Source: Candidatus Bathyarchaeia archaeon
GTDB taxonomy: Archaea > Thermoproteota > Bathyarchaeia > Bathyarchaeales > Bathycorpusculaceae
NCBI GenBank assembly: GCA_049512075.1
Contig: JBEKXL010000006.1
Location: 58,439 to 122,438 of the forward strand
DNA: 64,000 nucleotides
Direction of reading: 5' to 3'
Within the stretch, counting starts at the first letter, position 1. Each line of letters starts with the position of its first letter. Below the pieces are notes generated by a model. The model was not told the DNA's origin, searched no databases, and worked only from the letters and a program-made list of their open reading frames with translations. Both the position numbers and the translations under genes were made by a program. Of the stretch, positions 61,048 through 64,000 are shown piece after piece.

Positions 61048-61976
61048 TGTCTCATCATTGGGGTTACGTAAGCGCTATCACTTCTGCAATTTTGTTCGGA
61101 ATAAGCTCAACCCTCAACAAAATCGCATTGCAGAATGTTAATCCCACCCTCGTAGCGGGAATGATCTACTTCATCGGCGGGGTTCTCCTCCTCGGAATCC
61201 ACTTCACTCCACTCTCCAAAAAGATTCTTTCCATGCTCAAAACGCCGGGAACAGAGGAGAAAATACTGAAGAAGGACTTGAGAGTTCTAACCCTTGTGAT
61301 TGTATGCGGCTCGTTGATCGCACCGTTGTTGCTCCTGAACGGCCTGAACCAGACCACAGCCATAAACGCATCGCTACTTCTAAATGCGGAGTCCCTATTC
61401 ACCGCCTTCTTAGCTTTTGTATTCTTGAGCGAACGAGGAAAGAGAGGTGAATATCTTGGAATTCTCATTCTGCTTGTCGGCGTGGTCTTCGTGGCCACAA
61501 ATGGAGAATTCCAGAGACTCACTCTAACAGAAAACATTCCCGGCAATCTCCTGATAATTGGCGCATGTCTGTTCTGGGGAATAGACAACAACCTAAGTAG
61601 ATTTCTCAGCAAGAAGAAAGATATCATATTGGTGACCGCATTGAAATGCTTTTTCGGAGGATTGGCCTTGCTCATCATCTCTTTTCTGCTCGGCGTTAGC
61701 TTTAGCATATCATTGGCATCGATACCTTACCTGTTGTCCGTGGGAGCCCTCAGCGTCGCATTCTCAATCTTGTTGTTTCTTTTTGCCCTTAGAAAAATAG
61801 GTTCGATGCGAACAGGAGTCATCTATTCTACATCTTCACTTTTCGGAGCCGTTTTCGCGTTTGCAATGTTGAGAGAGTCTTTCAGTCCCATCCAAATGAC
61901 AGCCGGACTAGTAATGGTTTTGGGCGTTTACGTCCTTTACCGCTATGCGCCCGCGAGAGATTCGAACTCTCGTTAA
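61047..61976 (+). CDS. EamA/DMT family transporter; 3' end fused into cassette end
   Basis: Two EamA repeats; last codons (RDSNSR*) come from the repeat at 61955-61972. Confidence 0.9.
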   Translation: MSHHWGYVSAITSAILFGISSTLNKIALQNVNPTLVAGMIYFIGGVLLLGIHFTPLSKKILSMLKTPGTEEKILKKDLRVLTLVIVCGSLIAPLLLLNGLNQTTAINASLLLNAESLFTAFLAFVFLSERGKRGEYLGILILLVGVVFVATNGEFQRLTLTENIPGNLLIIGACLFWGIDNNLSRFLSKKKDIILVTALKCFFGGLALLIISFLLGVSFSISLASIPYLLSVGALSVAFSILLFLFALRKIGSMRTGVIYSTSSLFGAVFAFAMLRESFSPIQMTAGLVMVLGVYVLYRYAPARDSNSR

Positions 61977-62961
61977 GCATAATCTGAGCATATTTTTGCC
62001 GGTAAAGTCGGGTGGGGGTCCCACCCCCCGCACCATCATTGAACACCCCGCAATCAACGAGATTCTGACCAAGTATCTGAACTATCTGCTCTGCAAGAAG
62101 GCATTGAAGCCAGCTACTATCAAACGAAAGGTCAAGACGATTAAGAGCCTATTGAAGCATGGCGTGGAACTGCCTAACCCTGATAATGTGATTGCTTTTC
62201 TGAATACTTGCAGTTGGGCTAGCGGAACAAAGGACATTACAATTGACGCTTATCGAGACTACCTCAACATGCTGGGGTTGACGGAAGTCAAGTTGCCGCA
62301 TATACGAAGAGAAGAGACATTACCTTTTGTTCCTTTGGAAGAAGAACTTGATTCCGTCATTTCAAGTGTTAGAACGAAGATGGCAACGTTCCTTCGAGTG
62401 TTAAAAGATACTGGTGCACGACCCATCGAGGCATGGACTTTGAAATGGACTGACATCAGCACAACCAGCAAATGTGTAACAATCACACCAGCAAAATACA
62501 GTCATGCAAGAAAACTCGGCATCACAGAGCAGACATTGAACATGCTTCTAGCCCTGCCAAAAAAGAACCAATATGTGTTCTCTCCGAGCGGTCAAAAAGA
62601 AAGATTCGGTGACGAACTGGAGTACTTCGCTATGAATTTCGTCAAAGCAAGAACCAGAGTAGCAAATAAACTGCAAAACCCTAGAATCAAGTTGATTAGT
62701 CTGAGGACTTTTCGTCATTGGAAAGCGACAATGCTCTATCATAGAACAAAAGACATTCTATTTGTCAAAGAAAGTCTTGGACACGTCAACATTCAGAATA
62801 CGCTAAGGTACATACATTTGGCAAATGCTGTTGCGACTATTCAAGACGAATATGTGTGCAAGGCGGCTAAGACTGTGAAAGAAGCATCAGAACTGATTGA
62901 AAACGGATTTGAATATATCTGTGAACTTGATGATGCGAGATTGTTCAGGAAAAGGAAGTAA
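61945..62961 (+). CDS. tyrosine recombinase/integrase spanning the att site
   Basis: TGAR, RTFRH (RxxR in place of HxxR), LGH and catalytic Y (LRYIH); start uncertain. Confidence 0.92.
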   Translation: MRPREIRTLVKHNLSIFLPVKSGGGPTPRTIIEHPAINEILTKYLNYLLCKKALKPATIKRKVKTIKSLLKHGVELPNPDNVIAFLNTCSWASGTKDITIDAYRDYLNMLGLTEVKLPHIRREETLPFVPLEEELDSVISSVRTKMATFLRVLKDTGARPIEAWTLKWTDISTTSKCVTITPAKYSHARKLGITEQTLNMLLALPKKNQYVFSPSGQKERFGDELEYFAMNFVKARTRVANKLQNPRIKLISLRTFRHWKATMLYHRTKDILFVKESLGHVNIQNTLRYIHLANAVATIQDEYVCKAAKTVKEASELIENGFEYICELDDARLFRKRK

Positions 62962-62965
62962 AACC

Positions 62966-63076
62966 ATGACAGACCAAGAAGTCGAACTCTTGAAGCAAAT
63001 CCTAGCCACATTGAGGGAAATCAAGAAAGCAATAGAAACGCTGGACTCAGACGTAATAACCTACGCATCACACTAA
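62966..63076 (+). CDS. 36-aa hypothetical protein after the integrase
   Basis: MTDQEVELLKQILATLREIKKAIETLDSDVITYASH, 4 nt after the integrase stop. Confidence 0.45.
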   Translation: MTDQEVELLKQILATLREIKKAIETLDSDVITYASH

Positions 63077-63158
63077 ACCCGCAAATTCCCTTTTTCTTTC
63101 GTCTGTTTCATAGCTATAGCTTTTCCGCAAAACCAGAAATTGGCTTAAAGGTCTGGTT

Positions 63159-63883
63159 TTACTTGAGACTGTTCTCGATAGTCTTCTTTTCGCTTTCCGT
63201 TATTTCATAAATCTTGTACACTTGTTCATCAATTTCGGAGTCAGTTTTCTTTATTTCGTCTTCCATTACCGCTCTTTCATCTGTTAGTTTATCGCCAATC
63301 TTGAGCAACTTTTCATTCAGTTGAAGAATTTTCTCCACATGTTGAGTTACCTCAATTTCTTGCTCTCTTGTCGGTTTTTTGATTGTAACCTGTGAAACAT
63401 AAACTGGCTTTTGCTCAATAAAGTTACCCTGTCTTTCTGCACATATAGACTTCAAGAAATAGGACATTAGTTTAGAATTCAAGACACCCAAAACGTATTT
63501 AGAATTGGTTGGCAGAATACATGCTGGAGCATTAACATAAAACCCATTCGTTTCATCTAATGAAAAAGAAGACCTCGTGCTAAGATTACCCCATACAATC
63601 TTCGGTACACCGAATAAATCATAGTAAGCACACGCCCTAAGTTCATACCAATAGTTCCCTTTGTCCCATCTCTTTTCGAGAGCCTCTTGAAAACTGCACA
63701 AGTGCTTGTAAATAGCAGGATAATTCTTCACTTCTACGCCAATTTTCGTAAGAATGATATAGTTCTTCTTTGATTTCACTACGTATCGTTTACATTCTGC
63801 CCCAGTTAAGAACGGTTTAATTAACTCCTCACTTCGTGAATCTTCCTGTATTAATTCATACCTTTTTTTCTCATCTATTTCAA
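63159..63883 (-). pseudogene. 3' part of a type II (Eco57I/TaqI-C-like) restriction-modification gene interrupted by an insertion
   Basis: Frame continues upstream as EIDEKKRYELIQEDSRSEELIKPFLTGAECKRY; WYEL, PKIVW, YVLGVLNS and IDEQVYKIYEIT motifs. Confidence 0.8.
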
Positions 63884-64000
63884 GGGTGTGGGGGAAGAGA
63901 ACCCCGGGGCTTGCCCCGGGCGGTGAATTCCCCCACTTAAGCCTTTATACTGAGCGTGTGTTACGAAAATGTGGAGATAACCTTGGAGATGGAGGCCGGG
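63884..64000 (+). mobile_element. probable left end of an IS200/IS605-family element (partial)
   Basis: Abrupt junction after TTCAA; nested hairpin GTGGGGGAA...CCCGGGGC-TT-GCCCCGGG...TTCCCCCAC; TTTATA box downstream. Confidence 0.65.

Larger units (their letters stand above)
58772..62032. mobile_element. cassette E3: integrase-less element with ChrB/MFS/EamA cargo
   Basis: Bounded by att cores at 58758-58771 and 62019-62032. Confidence 0.82.

Noticed and set aside
43316-62035. Repeats as a CRISPR array or classical integron attC sites
   Set aside because: Copies are kilobases apart, derive from the tRNA 3' end and have no cas genes; I saw no RYYYAAC...GTTRRRY attC pattern or IntI-specific insertion.

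Overview
Archaeal chromosomal window, most likely Bathyarchaeia/TACK (inferred from gene content and an intron-containing tRNA). Positions 1-43.2 kb are mostly core genes: tRNA-Phe and tRNA-Gly, the PCNA-PriL-PriS-Gins15-L44e-S27e-aIF2a-Nop10-PAC2 cluster (interrupted by four glycosyltransferases and an archaeosortase), MCM/Gins23, GDH, RFC, EndoV/translin, GlyA, Rpo12 and sugar-nucleotide genes. From tRNA-Leu(GAG) at 43245 to the end lies an accessory island. It is a tandem array of three integrase-less cargo cassettes (about 7.3, 8.1 and 3.3 kb). Each ends in a copy of the tRNA-Leu 3' end and carries conserved composite ends (TTTACCGGTAAA palindromes plus a reversed tRNA-Gln-like T-arm). A tyrosine integrase follows, and its reading frame runs through the att site. 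Then comes a restriction-modification gene broken by a probable IS200/IS605 element. A second unexplained signal is a variable-length (A)GCGCGC(GC)n(T) palindrome, concentrated in non-coding DNA and lying at the breakpoints of at least two truncated genes. All calls come from reading the sequence by eye; no database search was run.
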